From an uncultured beta proteobacterium (lineage in GTDB: Bacteria; Pseudomonadota; Gammaproteobacteria; Burkholderiales; Burkholderiaceae_A): a stretch of 64,000 bases of DNA. The stretch spans positions 3,296 through 67,295 of the forward strand of contig CACIGF010000004.1 of NCBI GenBank assembly GCA_902586195.1, in the 5' to 3' direction. Below are positions 50,900 to 64,000 of this stretch, piece by piece (the stretch's first letter is position 1; each line of letters starts with the position of its first letter). Below the pieces are notes generated by a model, which saw nothing but the letters and a program-made list of their open reading frames with translations, had not been told where the DNA came from and did not search any database. The translations under genes and the position numbers were made by a program.

Positions 50900-51510
50900 A
50901 GGGGTTCCTCTATAAATACGTCAACCCATCCTGAGGACAACTGCCAAGATTGCTTTGAAGAAGCTAATATAGAAATTGGGCGAGGGAGGGCCTGATGATT
51001 AAGCATTAACTTAACTTGTATCGAAATGCCGTCCATATTATCCGGAAGGATTTCTCTCGAAAAAAAAATCCAATCTTTTATACTTAAACATGCCGCTAAG
51101 GCCTCCGTTAGACTTTCGTAATACGCCGAGCTGGTTTCTCCGTCTAAATTAACTGAAAATCGTCTCGTTATACCATGATACTCCAATATAGCTTTGCGCT
51201 CCTTCTCAAAAAAGCTTTTCACACGGAAAAAAGAGAATTTAAATATTCTAAAATTTGAATTGAACTGCAATGGGACACCTTTTTTAAGAGCCTCTATTAA
51301 AGTATTTTCTAACTCGACAGAGACGTCTCCAGTAAGTACTAAGTTTTCTGAATCTTGGACTAGTTTGACATTGTCTACCGTAATCCTAGAAATTTTCTCA
51401 TCAGTCATCGGAGAACACGAGTATGAACCGAGAAAGAAAATAGGGAATAGCAATATAAGTGGATTAAGAGCTCTCGCGCTTTTCAAGCATCGCATAAAAG
51501 AAACCATCAT
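50896..51510 (-). CDS. DUF4390-like exported protein (conserved partner between rsmB and ntrY)
   Basis: About 200-aa protein with an N-terminal signal. The position between rsmB and ntrY matches the betaproteobacterial DUF4390 context as I recall it. The start is uncertain because the longest ORF overlaps rsmB by 47 nt. Confidence 0.45.
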   Translation of the reverse strand: MMVSFMRCLKSARALNPLILLFPIFFLGSYSCSPMTDEKISRITVDNVKLVQDSENLVLTGDVSVELENTLIEALKKGVPLQFNSNFRIFKFSFFRVKSFFEKERKAILEYHGITRRFSVNLDGETSSAYYESLTEALAACLSIKDWIFFSREILPDNMDGISIQVKLMLNHQALPRPISILASSKQSWQLSSGWVDVFIEEPL

Positions 51511-52777
51511 TTCCGATATAATTTAATTCTATTTTGTCGAATTTATTTTCTAACTTATAATTTAGGAAATAGTCCTTACCAATTGTTGGATAAATTAAGC
51601 CCGGTGCACTTTTTCTATTTACATTCTTTCGTCGTTTCAAAAACTTCACTACCTGGCCTTCCCCTTCATTGTAGAAAACAGAACAAGTACAGTAAATTAA
51701 AATACCTCTATTTTTTAAAATTTGCCAACATGCATCCAAGAGATTTGACTGAATTGTCACCAATGTCTCTAGTTGCTGCCTGGACTTTGTCCATGGTACT
51801 TCAGGGCGACGACGCTGTATACCCGAGCCAGAACATGGAGCGTCTAAAATTATATAATCAAAGCCATCGTTTGCTAAATTAAATAGCGAATTAAGTTGTT
51901 TTGGAATCAAAGGATTAAAGTTTGTTATCTTAGGCATGGTGACCAAGTGTTCTTTGATTCTTACAATTTCTTTTTCTAACATTTTTAGCCTTATTTTTGA
52001 CTTATCATTGGAGAACAATTGACATTTTCTGTTAGTGGCTATTGCGAGACTTTTGCCTCCAGGTGCAGCACAAATATCTAATAGGGTATCATCAGGATTA
52101 GGTTGAATAAGATCAACAATTCTTTGCGAACTCAAATCTTGAATACTTACCAAGCCTTTTTTAAAGGAGGATGTTTGGGTAAGATCACAAGGCGGAACCA
52201 CAGACAAACCGTGAGACGACACTTTAACAATTTTCCGATTGATTTTTCTTAAATCGGAAGATACTTGATTAATATATTGTGGGTTGTTTAATCGCACATT
52301 CAAGGGCGGGTGCTGTAACAACGAGTCAACCAAAATATCTTGAAGATGATTATCATCTACTTGTTTTTTTAGGTAATTTATCCACCACAATGGAGCATTC
52401 CATCTAATTTGTTCCCAGTTCAATTTATATTTAAACAAATCAGGGTCTGCAAAAATCTTTCTTAAAATAAAATTTCCAAAAGCGGCTATTTTTTTATTGT
52501 AAGAGTGTTTCAGGCACTCCACAGCTTGATTGACCAGAGTATATTCTGGGTACCTTTGCTCCTCGAAAAGAGCTATAGATATGGCAACGACGTGTAATAT
52601 ATCATTCTTGGGATTTTTCTTCGCATATTTATGCAATACAAATTTTGCTAGGGCTAATCTTTTTATGCCAACAAAGCGTAAATATTTTTGTCTGGAAGTA
52701 AGTTCAGAAAAGCATTTTATCTCTAAAAAATTTTTCGAGGATATAAAAATATCTTGCCACAAAGGCCCATATTTCAT
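51464..52777 (-). CDS. rsmB: 16S rRNA (cytosine967-C5)-methyltransferase
   Basis: NusB-like N-terminal domain and the methyltransferase motifs DICAAPGGKS, LDAPCSGSGI and YCTCS. Confidence 0.85.
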   Translation of the reverse strand: MKYGPLWQDIFISSKNFLEIKCFSELTSRQKYLRFVGIKRLALAKFVLHKYAKKNPKNDILHVVAISIALFEEQRYPEYTLVNQAVECLKHSYNKKIAAFGNFILRKIFADPDLFKYKLNWEQIRWNAPLWWINYLKKQVDDNHLQDILVDSLLQHPPLNVRLNNPQYINQVSSDLRKINRKIVKVSSHGLSVVPPCDLTQTSSFKKGLVSIQDLSSQRIVDLIQPNPDDTLLDICAAPGGKSLAIATNRKCQLFSNDKSKIRLKMLEKEIVRIKEHLVTMPKITNFNPLIPKQLNSLFNLANDGFDYIILDAPCSGSGIQRRRPEVPWTKSRQQLETLVTIQSNLLDACWQILKNRGILIYCTCSVFYNEGEGQVVKFLKRRKNVNRKSAPGLIYPTIGKDYFLNYKLENKFDKIELNYIGNDGFFYAMLEKRESS

Positions 52778-53640
52778 TTTGCGTTAATATTTTTTTCCAT
52801 TTCGTTCAACCTGAATATTCTCTCTGAAGTTGAGGGATGAGTAGAGAATAATTCTTTAAAACCTTTTGCAATTAAGGGAGAAATAATCATCATCTGTGCT
52901 GTCTCTGGATGTTGTTGAACAGTATTAAAATGTTTGGTTCTAGATATTTCATCAATTTTCTTAAGTGCGGAGGCTAGCGAACCAGGGTCTTGTGTCAAAC
53001 TAGCGCCAATTCTGTCTGCCTCGTATTCTCTTGCTCTTGAAATAGCCATTTGAATTATTGTAGCTGCAATTGGAGTAACGAATGCAAGCAAAATTAATAA
53101 AGCAGGGTTGTTGAATGATCGATTACCTCCCCTTCCTCCAAATATCAATGCAAAAGAGGCTAGGGATGAAATAGCCGCAGCAAACATTGCACTAACAGTG
53201 GCAATTAAAATATCTCTATTTAATACATGGGCTAATTCATGTGCTACTACTCCTCTAAGCTCATTTTGAGTTAATTTTTCGATTAGCCCTCTTGTTACAG
53301 CTATGGCTGCATTGGAAGGGTCTCTGCCCGTTGCAAAAGCATTCGGAGAATCTTCTTCGATTATATAAACAGCAGGTATAGGAAGGCCCGCATTTGCAGT
53401 AAGTTCCGAAACTATTTTGATTAATTCTGGGGAATCATTTTGATTTACCAACTTAGCTTTGTATATTGAAAGAATGACTTTATCTGAATACCAATATGCA
53501 AATATATTGCTTAGAACTCCCATTATCAATGCTATAAGCAATCCGGTTTCCCCTCCCAATGCATAACCTGTAAAAATAAATAAACATATAATTGAGAACA
53601 TTAGAAAAAACGTTTTAAAGTAGCCCATCATACTTTGCAC
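52774..53640 (-). CDS. htpX: heat-shock zinc metalloprotease HtpX
   Basis: HELAHV zinc motif, four transmembrane segments, NAFATG, and a REYEADR-type second ligand region. Confidence 0.85.
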   Translation of the reverse strand: MQSMMGYFKTFFLMFSIICLFIFTGYALGGETGLLIALIMGVLSNIFAYWYSDKVILSIYKAKLVNQNDSPELIKIVSELTANAGLPIPAVYIIEEDSPNAFATGRDPSNAAIAVTRGLIEKLTQNELRGVVAHELAHVLNRDILIATVSAMFAAAISSLASFALIFGGRGGNRSFNNPALLILLAFVTPIAATIIQMAISRAREYEADRIGASLTQDPGSLASALKKIDEISRTKHFNTVQQHPETAQMMIISPLIAKGFKELFSTHPSTSERIFRLNEMEKNINAK

Positions 53641-54590
53641 CCAAGAACTATTTCTCCAGGATGTTTAAACCCATTGATAAAGGATTTAGCATCAATCCAT
53701 TTACTACTTTCCTTTTGAATTAAATTAATTTTCAACATTCCACTCCCACAGCATACCGCTAGTAATGTTTCTTTTTTGTCTTTCGATACCAGTAGAGTTC
53801 CTGGAGCTTTCCTAGTAAACTCTTGATGTTCTAAAATCTCTGCCTTTCCAAGTTTCAATCTTTGGCCCTTTAGGTATGTATATGTACAAGGTTTTGGATA
53901 GAATGCATTTATTTTCCGGACGATTTCTAAAGCGGACCTAGTCCAATCAATTTTCAATTCAGTTGGTATTATTTTTTTTGCATAAGTAGCCTTTCCTTCA
54001 TTTTGAGGATTGTATGTAATTTTGTCATACGGTGTTTTTAGGAACCTTCGTAACATTTGCAAACTGACTTTAGCAAGCTTTGCCTCCAAATCAGCATACG
54101 TGTCATTTTCGTCAATTGCTTTTTCAACAACACTCCAAACCGGCCCAGCATCCAAATTCACAGCCATTTTCATGATTGAGACTCCCGTAACTTTATCTCC
54201 CGCTTCAATTGATCTTTGAATGGGCGCAGCTCCACGCCATTTTGGCAAAAGTGAAGGATGAACGTTAATGCAACCGTGTTTAGGCAACGACAAAATGGTT
54301 TCGTTTAGAATGTATCCAAAAGATGCAACAATCAAATAATCCAAATTAGAAATTCTTTCTTTCAAGGAATCAACGACATGTCTACCAGAACCAATAGTTT
54401 CAATAAAAAAGTTATTTTTTTTACTAAATGAGGATATAGGAGTTTCGGTTGATAATTTTCCCCGCCCTTGTTTTTTAGCCGGTATTGTAAGTACCAGAGG
54501 CATGCTAACACCTCCATCAGCAATAATCTCCGTGAGGCCTGACAAAATCTTCAAGGAAAAATTATCTGAACCAGCAAAGCCAATATTCAT
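53628..54590 (-). CDS. fmt: methionyl-tRNA formyltransferase
   Basis: MNIGFAGS..F, INVHPSLLPKWRGAAPIQ, and a C-terminal tRNA-binding domain. Lies downstream of def. Confidence 0.9.
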   Translation of the reverse strand: MNIGFAGSDNFSLKILSGLTEIIADGGVSMPLVLTIPAKKQGRGKLSTETPISSFSKKNNFFIETIGSGRHVVDSLKERISNLDYLIVASFGYILNETILSLPKHGCINVHPSLLPKWRGAAPIQRSIEAGDKVTGVSIMKMAVNLDAGPVWSVVEKAIDENDTYADLEAKLAKVSLQMLRRFLKTPYDKITYNPQNEGKATYAKKIIPTELKIDWTRSALEIVRKINAFYPKPCTYTYLKGQRLKLGKAEILEHQEFTRKAPGTLLVSKDKKETLLAVCCGSGMLKINLIQKESSKWIDAKSFINGFKHPGEIVLGCKV

Positions 54591-54593
54591 AGT

Positions 54594-55109
54594 TTATGCT
54601 TCTGCTAGAGATTTTCTTCTTTCTTTTTGCAACTTTCTTATAATTTTTTCTTGCTTTAGTCTTGAAAGGTGGTCAACAAAAACGCGGCCATTCAAATGGT
54701 CTATTTCATGTTGCAAACAAACTGAAAGCAGTCCATCGGCTTTTAATTGATGGCTAAGTCCATTCGCATCGGAATATCTACCAATAAATGAATTCGGCCT
54801 TATAACATTTTCATAAATACCGGGCACTGAAAGACATCCTTCTCCATGTTGTTTTGTATCTTCACTGACTTTGATAATTTCAGGATTAATAAATATTAAA
54901 GGATTATTTTTTTCTTCGGACAAGTCTATTACAACTATTCTCTTTAAAATGTTCACTTGAATTGCAGCTAGTCCAATTCCTTTGGCGTTGTACATCGTTT
55001 CAAGCATATCCTCGCAAGTGGTTTTTAATATGTTATCAAAGACTGTGACTTCACTAGCTCGTTGCCGTAATTTTGGGTCAGGATATTCGAGAATTTTGAG
55101 TAATGCCAT
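54594..55109 (-). CDS. def: peptide deformylase
   Basis: MALLKILEYPDPKLR N-terminus and the GIGLAAIQV, EGCLSVPG and QHEIDHLNG motifs. The longest ORF (to 55241) would run into the divergent topoisomerase gene, so the internal ATG at 55109 is preferred. Confidence 0.9.
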   Translation of the reverse strand: MALLKILEYPDPKLRQRASEVTVFDNILKTTCEDMLETMYNAKGIGLAAIQVNILKRIVVIDLSEEKNNPLIFINPEIIKVSEDTKQHGEGCLSVPGIYENVIRPNSFIGRYSDANGLSHQLKADGLLSVCLQHEIDHLNGRVFVDHLSRLKQEKIIRKLQKERRKSLAEA

Positions 55110-55191
55110 AATTATTAAAAAAAAACTTGCAAAAAGTATACGTTGAGTAATATGATGCAAAAAATTTGACTTTATTTCAAGCTGTTTCATT

Positions 55192-60059
<4,868 letters not shown>

Positions 60060-61181
60060 TTACAGCCTCATTGGCATGACTACGTATTTAAATTCTTTAT
60101 CTTCGAAATTTGAAATTACTGCACTTGACTGTGAATCATTAAAGGAGAATCCTACTTTTTCCGCATTTATATTATTTAAAACCTCAATCAGATATGTCAC
60201 GTTAAACCCTATATCTAATTCTCCCTTCCCCTCTTCAGTGATAATCTTCTCTGTAGCTTCTTCTTGATCAGAATTTGTTGACTGTAATACAGCTGTCTCT
60301 CCGTCAAGAGTTATTCTTACTCCTCTATACTTGTCTGACGTTAAAATTGAAACCCTACTGAGTTTTTCGAGAAATTCGTTTTTATTAAACATAACTTTGT
60401 GTTTACTATCATTTGGAATTACTTTCTGATAATCAGGATAATTACCTTCAATTAGCTTAGATATTAGTTTCTTTCCAGGTAAAGATATCTCTATATAATT
60501 TGAATGAATACAAATTTCAATATTGATGTCTCTTTCTGTACTAAGAATTTTTTGTAACTCAATTACTGCTTTTCTCGGTACGATACATGATAATGATTCA
60601 GAGGATTCTTTTAGGGATGAAATGATTATTTTATTGAAGCACAACCTATGCCCATCCGTTGTTACAGCAATCAAATCCATCCCGTTTATTTGCAAAAACA
60701 GACCATTTAAGTAATATCTAACATCTTGAATTGCCATTGAAAATGAAACAGAGTCTAGCAGTGCTTTAATCTCATCACTCTTTAAAGTGAACTTAAATTT
60801 TTTTTCATCTTTTATATTAAGTAATGGGAAGTCATCTGCAGGCAATGTTTGTAAAGAAAATTTTGACTGATCTTGTTTTACTACTAGCTTATCTTTTATT
60901 AAAGATAAGATAACAGCTTTATTATCAGATAATGACTTACTAATTTCAAAAAGTTTTCTGGCAGAAACAGTCAACTTTAAATCTTTAAATTCATAATCTT
61001 CTTTTATGAGAGTCGAAGTCATTTCGATTTCTATATCAGAAGTTGTGAATGAAACTTTGTTTTCACGAAATGTCATAAGTACATTCAGCAATATGGGGAG
61101 GGCATTCCTACGCTCGACAACGCTTAAAATGGGTTGAAGAGTTGATGTTAATTCATCTTTGTTGAATTTAATAATTTCCAT
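60060..61181 (-). CDS. dnaN: DNA polymerase III beta sliding clamp
   Basis: 373 aa with a three-domain beta-clamp pattern (...RRNALPILLNVL..., ...DGHRL..., C-terminal ...MPMRL). Lies between dnaA and gyrB, and its stop abuts the gyrB start. Confidence 0.9.
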   Translation of the reverse strand: MEIIKFNKDELTSTLQPILSVVERRNALPILLNVLMTFRENKVSFTTSDIEIEMTSTLIKEDYEFKDLKLTVSARKLFEISKSLSDNKAVILSLIKDKLVVKQDQSKFSLQTLPADDFPLLNIKDEKKFKFTLKSDEIKALLDSVSFSMAIQDVRYYLNGLFLQINGMDLIAVTTDGHRLCFNKIIISSLKESSESLSCIVPRKAVIELQKILSTERDINIEICIHSNYIEISLPGKKLISKLIEGNYPDYQKVIPNDSKHKVMFNKNEFLEKLSRVSILTSDKYRGVRITLDGETAVLQSTNSDQEEATEKIITEEGKGELDIGFNVTYLIEVLNNINAEKVGFSFNDSQSSAVISNFEDKEFKYVVMPMRL

Positions 61182-61350
61182 ATATAAATTAATAGTAGTA
61201 ATAGGAGTAGCTTATTGTGGTTATTTTCATAAATAATTGTTTTTATTAGAGAAATATAGTTATGTTGTTAAACGGTATTTTTGTTATTTGTTAATAAAAT
61301 TAGTGTATAGCCATTATTTTAAAGTTATACCCATTTTATCCTTTCTTTAT

Positions 61351-62751
61351 TCAATTTCTCAATTGTTGTTCAAGAATATGCAAATTATGGTTTAACGTAG
61401 CATTCGATTGTCGAGAATTTTGAATCTTTTTCACTGCATGTAAGACAGTGGTATGGTCTCTACCGCCAAAAGCATAACCAATTTCAGGTAAGCTTTTTTG
61501 AGTTAATTCTTTGCTCAAGTACATAGCGATTTGTCTCGGGATAGCTATTGATGCTGGTCTACGTTTACTATACATATCAGCGAGTTTCAATTTAAAAAAT
61601 TCAGCAACCGTTTTTTGTATCATTTCAATAGTAATGGCAGTTTTCTGTAAGGAAAGTAGATCTTTCAGTGCATCTCTAACAACCTCCAGAGTAGGAGGTT
61701 TTGTATGAAAGGAACAATATGCTTCAATTTTCTGTAAGGCACCTTCAAGTTCTCTAACATTAGATCTTAAATGTTTTGCTATAAAAAAGGCAGCATCTTC
61801 TGGCAAAGGTAACTGTTCTTTTTCTGCCTTCTTTAATAATATAGCAACTCGCATTTCTAGTTCAGGCGGCTCTATAGCAACTGTAAGACCAGAACCAAAA
61901 CGTGAGATAAGACGATTATCAATGCCTCCTAACTCTGTCGGATATGTATCGCAAGTTATGATTATTTGTTTTTTTGCCGCAATTAAGGCCTCAAAAGCAT
62001 AGAAAAACTCTTCTTGAGTACGAGATTTGCCGGCAAAAAATTGAATATCGTCTATTAATAAAATATCAAGACTGTGATAGCGTTTCTTAAAATCCTCAAA
62101 TGATTTAGTTTGGTAAGCTCTTACTACATCGCTAACATACGATTCCGCATGAATATATTTCACACCAGCAGACTGTTTTTCGTCTAAAATCGCATTCCCT
62201 ATAGCATGGATAAGATGAGTTTTACCTAAACCAACACCACCATATAAAAAAAACGGATTATATCCGTGCCCCGGATTATCACAAATTTGTTGCGCAGCTG
62301 CTCTTGCTAGTTGATTTGCTTTGCCAAGAACGAAATTCTCAAAGGTCCAATCGGGATTAAGATGAGGGTTATGAATTCTACTTATCGATCTAGTTTTATA
62401 ATCTTGATTACTATCTTTCGGAGTCTTAGTTTCATCTTGAGTTTGAGGTTTCTTAGGTACTTTTGAAGAGGGTAATTCTATTGAATTAGTTGCTACCTCA
62501 ATACTTAATAAAACGGTTTTTGCGTAATTAGTTGAAATCCAATTCCTGAGAATGGGTGATAAATGATTCAGAGCCCATTGTTGCTTATACTTATTCGGTG
62601 CTAAAAGTGTGATTTTGATAGATGTTTTTAAGATCTGTAGGTCTTTTAGTGAGATTGGATCAATCCATGTTTTAAGTTGTTGAATGGTAAAATTCTTTTT
62701 TATGCCGAGTAGACACTTATCCCAAAAATTTTTTTGTTCTATTTGATCCAT
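61351..62751 (-). CDS. dnaA: chromosomal replication initiator protein DnaA
   Basis: Walker [19 protein letters not shown], the sensor region [11 protein letters not shown], and the domain IV DNA-binding motif [16 protein letters not shown]. Confidence 0.95.
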   Translation of the reverse strand: MDQIEQKNFWDKCLLGIKKNFTIQQLKTWIDPISLKDLQILKTSIKITLLAPNKYKQQWALNHLSPILRNWISTNYAKTVLLSIEVATNSIELPSSKVPKKPQTQDETKTPKDSNQDYKTRSISRIHNPHLNPDWTFENFVLGKANQLARAAAQQICDNPGHGYNPFFLYGGVGLGKTHLIHAIGNAILDEKQSAGVKYIHAESYVSDVVRAYQTKSFEDFKKRYHSLDILLIDDIQFFAGKSRTQEEFFYAFEALIAAKKQIIITCDTYPTELGGIDNRLISRFGSGLTVAIEPPELEMRVAILLKKAEKEQLPLPEDAAFFIAKHLRSNVRELEGALQKIEAYCSFHTKPPTLEVVRDALKDLLSLQKTAITIEMIQKTVAEFFKLKLADMYSKRRPASIAIPRQIAMYLSKELTQKSLPEIGYAFGGRDHTTVLHAVKKIQNSRQSNATLNHNLHILEQQLRN

Positions 62752-62825
62752 TTGATAATCTGATTATTATAATTAGTATATAATTATTTTTAATTGAAAT
62801 CTGCAATAGGATAGTACAGATTACC

Positions 62826-62960
62826 ATGAAAAGAACGTATCAACCTTCGGTTACTAAAAGAAAACGGACCCACGGATTCTTGGTCAGAATGAGAACAAAA
62901 GGGGGTCGAGCAGTGATTAGAGCAAGACGGGCTAAAGGAAGGAAGAAGTTGTCTGTTTAG
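62826..62960 (+). CDS. rpmH: 50S ribosomal protein L34
   Basis: Not in the ORF track because it is only 44 codons. My own translation is [44 protein letters not shown], the canonical L34 sequence. Confidence 0.92.
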   Translation: MKRTYQPSVTKRKRTHGFLVRMRTKGGRAVIRARRAKGRKKLSV

Positions 62961-62975
62961 GCTCTGGAATGAAAA

Positions 62976-63332
62976 TTGAAAGAAGTGAAGCCCATCGTTC
63001 ATGAAGACGTTTTTGTAAATTTAAAACGTTCGAAAAAAAAAAGTCAAAATTTCATCTTATTTTATATGCTCCGGGATTTTCAAAATGACAAAAGTGAAGT
63101 AGTAGAAAATCATAAAAAACAACATATAAATATCGGGTTTATCTTACCAAAAAAGATAGTGAAAAAGAGCTCAACTAGAAATTTGATAAAGAGGTGGGGG
63201 CGGGAGCTCGCAAGAAGAAATGTCAAATACAGCCATATATTGTTATCCATTAAGAGACTACCCAGGTATAATTCAAAGTGTGCGAGGAGAAGTTTATATT
63301 TTGAATTAAAGCATTTGGTTAATGGTCAATAG
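62976..63332 (+). CDS. rnpA: ribonuclease P protein component
   Basis: Basic roughly 118-aa protein after rpmH, with the RNR-like motif KKSSTRNLIKRWGRE. TTG start, 5' end uncertain. Confidence 0.8.
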   Translation: MKEVKPIVHEDVFVNLKRSKKKSQNFILFYMLRDFQNDKSEVVENHKKQHINIGFILPKKIVKKSSTRNLIKRWGRELARRNVKYSHILLSIKRLPRYNSKCARRSLYFELKHLVNGQ

Positions 63333-63594
63333 TGCATATATGTTTGTAATGCTGAAAAATTTCTTTATCAATTTCTTACGCGCCATCATAAAGTGTTATA
63401 AATTAGGTTTTTCTTCTCTCTATGGTCCCAGATGTAGATTCTTACCTACATGTTCCGATTACGCCGAAGAGGCGATCAAGACTCATGGACCTTTTCGAGG
63501 TGTTGTATTGATAATCTTCAGACTAGTGAGGTGTAATGTCTTGACAAAACAAAGAGTAGATCCGGTACCTAGGAAAAAAAATCATGAAGTTTAG
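63322..63594 (+). CDS. yidD: membrane protein insertion efficiency factor YidD
   Basis: IIKCYKLGFSSLYGPRCRFLPTCSDYAEEAIKTHGPFRG signature. The true start may be the internal ATG at 63349. Confidence 0.85.
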   Translation: MVNSAYMFVMLKNFFINFLRAIIKCYKLGFSSLYGPRCRFLPTCSDYAEEAIKTHGPFRGVVLIIFRLVRCNVLTKQRVDPVPRKKNHEV

Positions 63595-64000
63595 AACAAC
63601 GATTCTTTTGATTATATTCTCTTTCACTTTATTATTATTGTGGGATAAATGGATAAGTTACAACACAGAGACACTTACGCCTCCAGAACCTGTTACTGCA
63701 GATCAAACCAACACCACAACTCTTAAAGAAAACGAGCTTTCTTCTGATTTGCCTTCAGTAAATAAATTAGACGCAAAGAACATAGCCCCAGTAGAAAAAC
63801 TAGAAAAAGAAGAAAAAACTGGAGAAGTGTTGTTATTAGAAAATTCGAAATTAAAAATTTCTTTGAACACCTTTGGCGGTACTTTGGAGTACGCTGAATT
63901 AAAAGATCAAGTATCCGAAGAATATCCCAACGGAAAGGTGGTCTTATTCGACAAAAGCAATAGATCGGTGTACCTCGCTGAAACGGGAATTATTTCTTTA
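63584..64000 (+). CDS. yidC: membrane protein insertase YidC, N-terminal fragment (3' end outside the window)
   Basis: From the ATG at 63584 the open frame runs to the window end. The translation MKFRTTILLIIFSFTLLLLWDKWISYN... has a transmembrane anchor followed by a periplasmic domain. The position after yidD is canonical. Confidence 0.8.
   Translation, partial: MKFRTTILLIIFSFTLLLLWDKWISYNTETLTPPEPVTADQTNTTTLKENELSSDLPSVNKLDAKNIAPVEKLEKEEKTGEVLLLENSKLKISLNTFGGTLEYAELKDQVSEEYPNGKVVLFDKSNRSVYLAETGIISL

Overview
This window is a very AT-rich, very tightly packed chromosomal core region. Hand counts of single 60-nt lines give about 27-35% G+C in most genes. It includes the replication-gene cluster: rpmH-rnpA-yidD-yidC on the + strand, diverging from dnaA-dnaN-gyrB on the - strand.

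The gene order looks like a streamlined betaproteobacterium with Burkholderiales-type synteny. This assignment is an inference from gene order, not a search result. The supporting blocks are:
- def-fmt-htpX-rsmB-DUF4390-ntrY-ntrX-trkA-trkH
- gshA-gshB-EIIA(Man)-HPr-EI
- metX-metW
- mreBCD-mrdA-rodA
- gatCAB
- ubiB...glmU-glmS

About 60 protein genes are supported. I see no rRNA, tRNA, CRISPR array, transposase, integrase, phage gene or recognisable defence gene. Non-coding DNA totals only about 1.5-2 kb.

I found no convincing novel multi-gene system. The observations most worth a second look are:
1. metH is broken by a frame change exactly on a U_UUU_UUA heptamer, at the start of the reactivation domain.
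2. The only accessory-looking cassette is a TorF/Gcw_chp-family outer-membrane beta-barrel gene followed by glnK-amtB. It has a sigma-54-type -24/-12 element, an upstream palindrome, a much higher G+C than its flanks, and the only canonical terminator in the window.
3. The NtrX-like response regulator has no AAA+ domain.
4. A translationally coupled chain runs hypothetical ORF, micro-ORF, nth, (6-4)-photolyase-like gene. The photolyase homologue appears to lack the Fe-S ligand cysteines I remember for the family.
5. Gene ends overlap pervasively, including two shared TTAA stop pairs between convergent genes.
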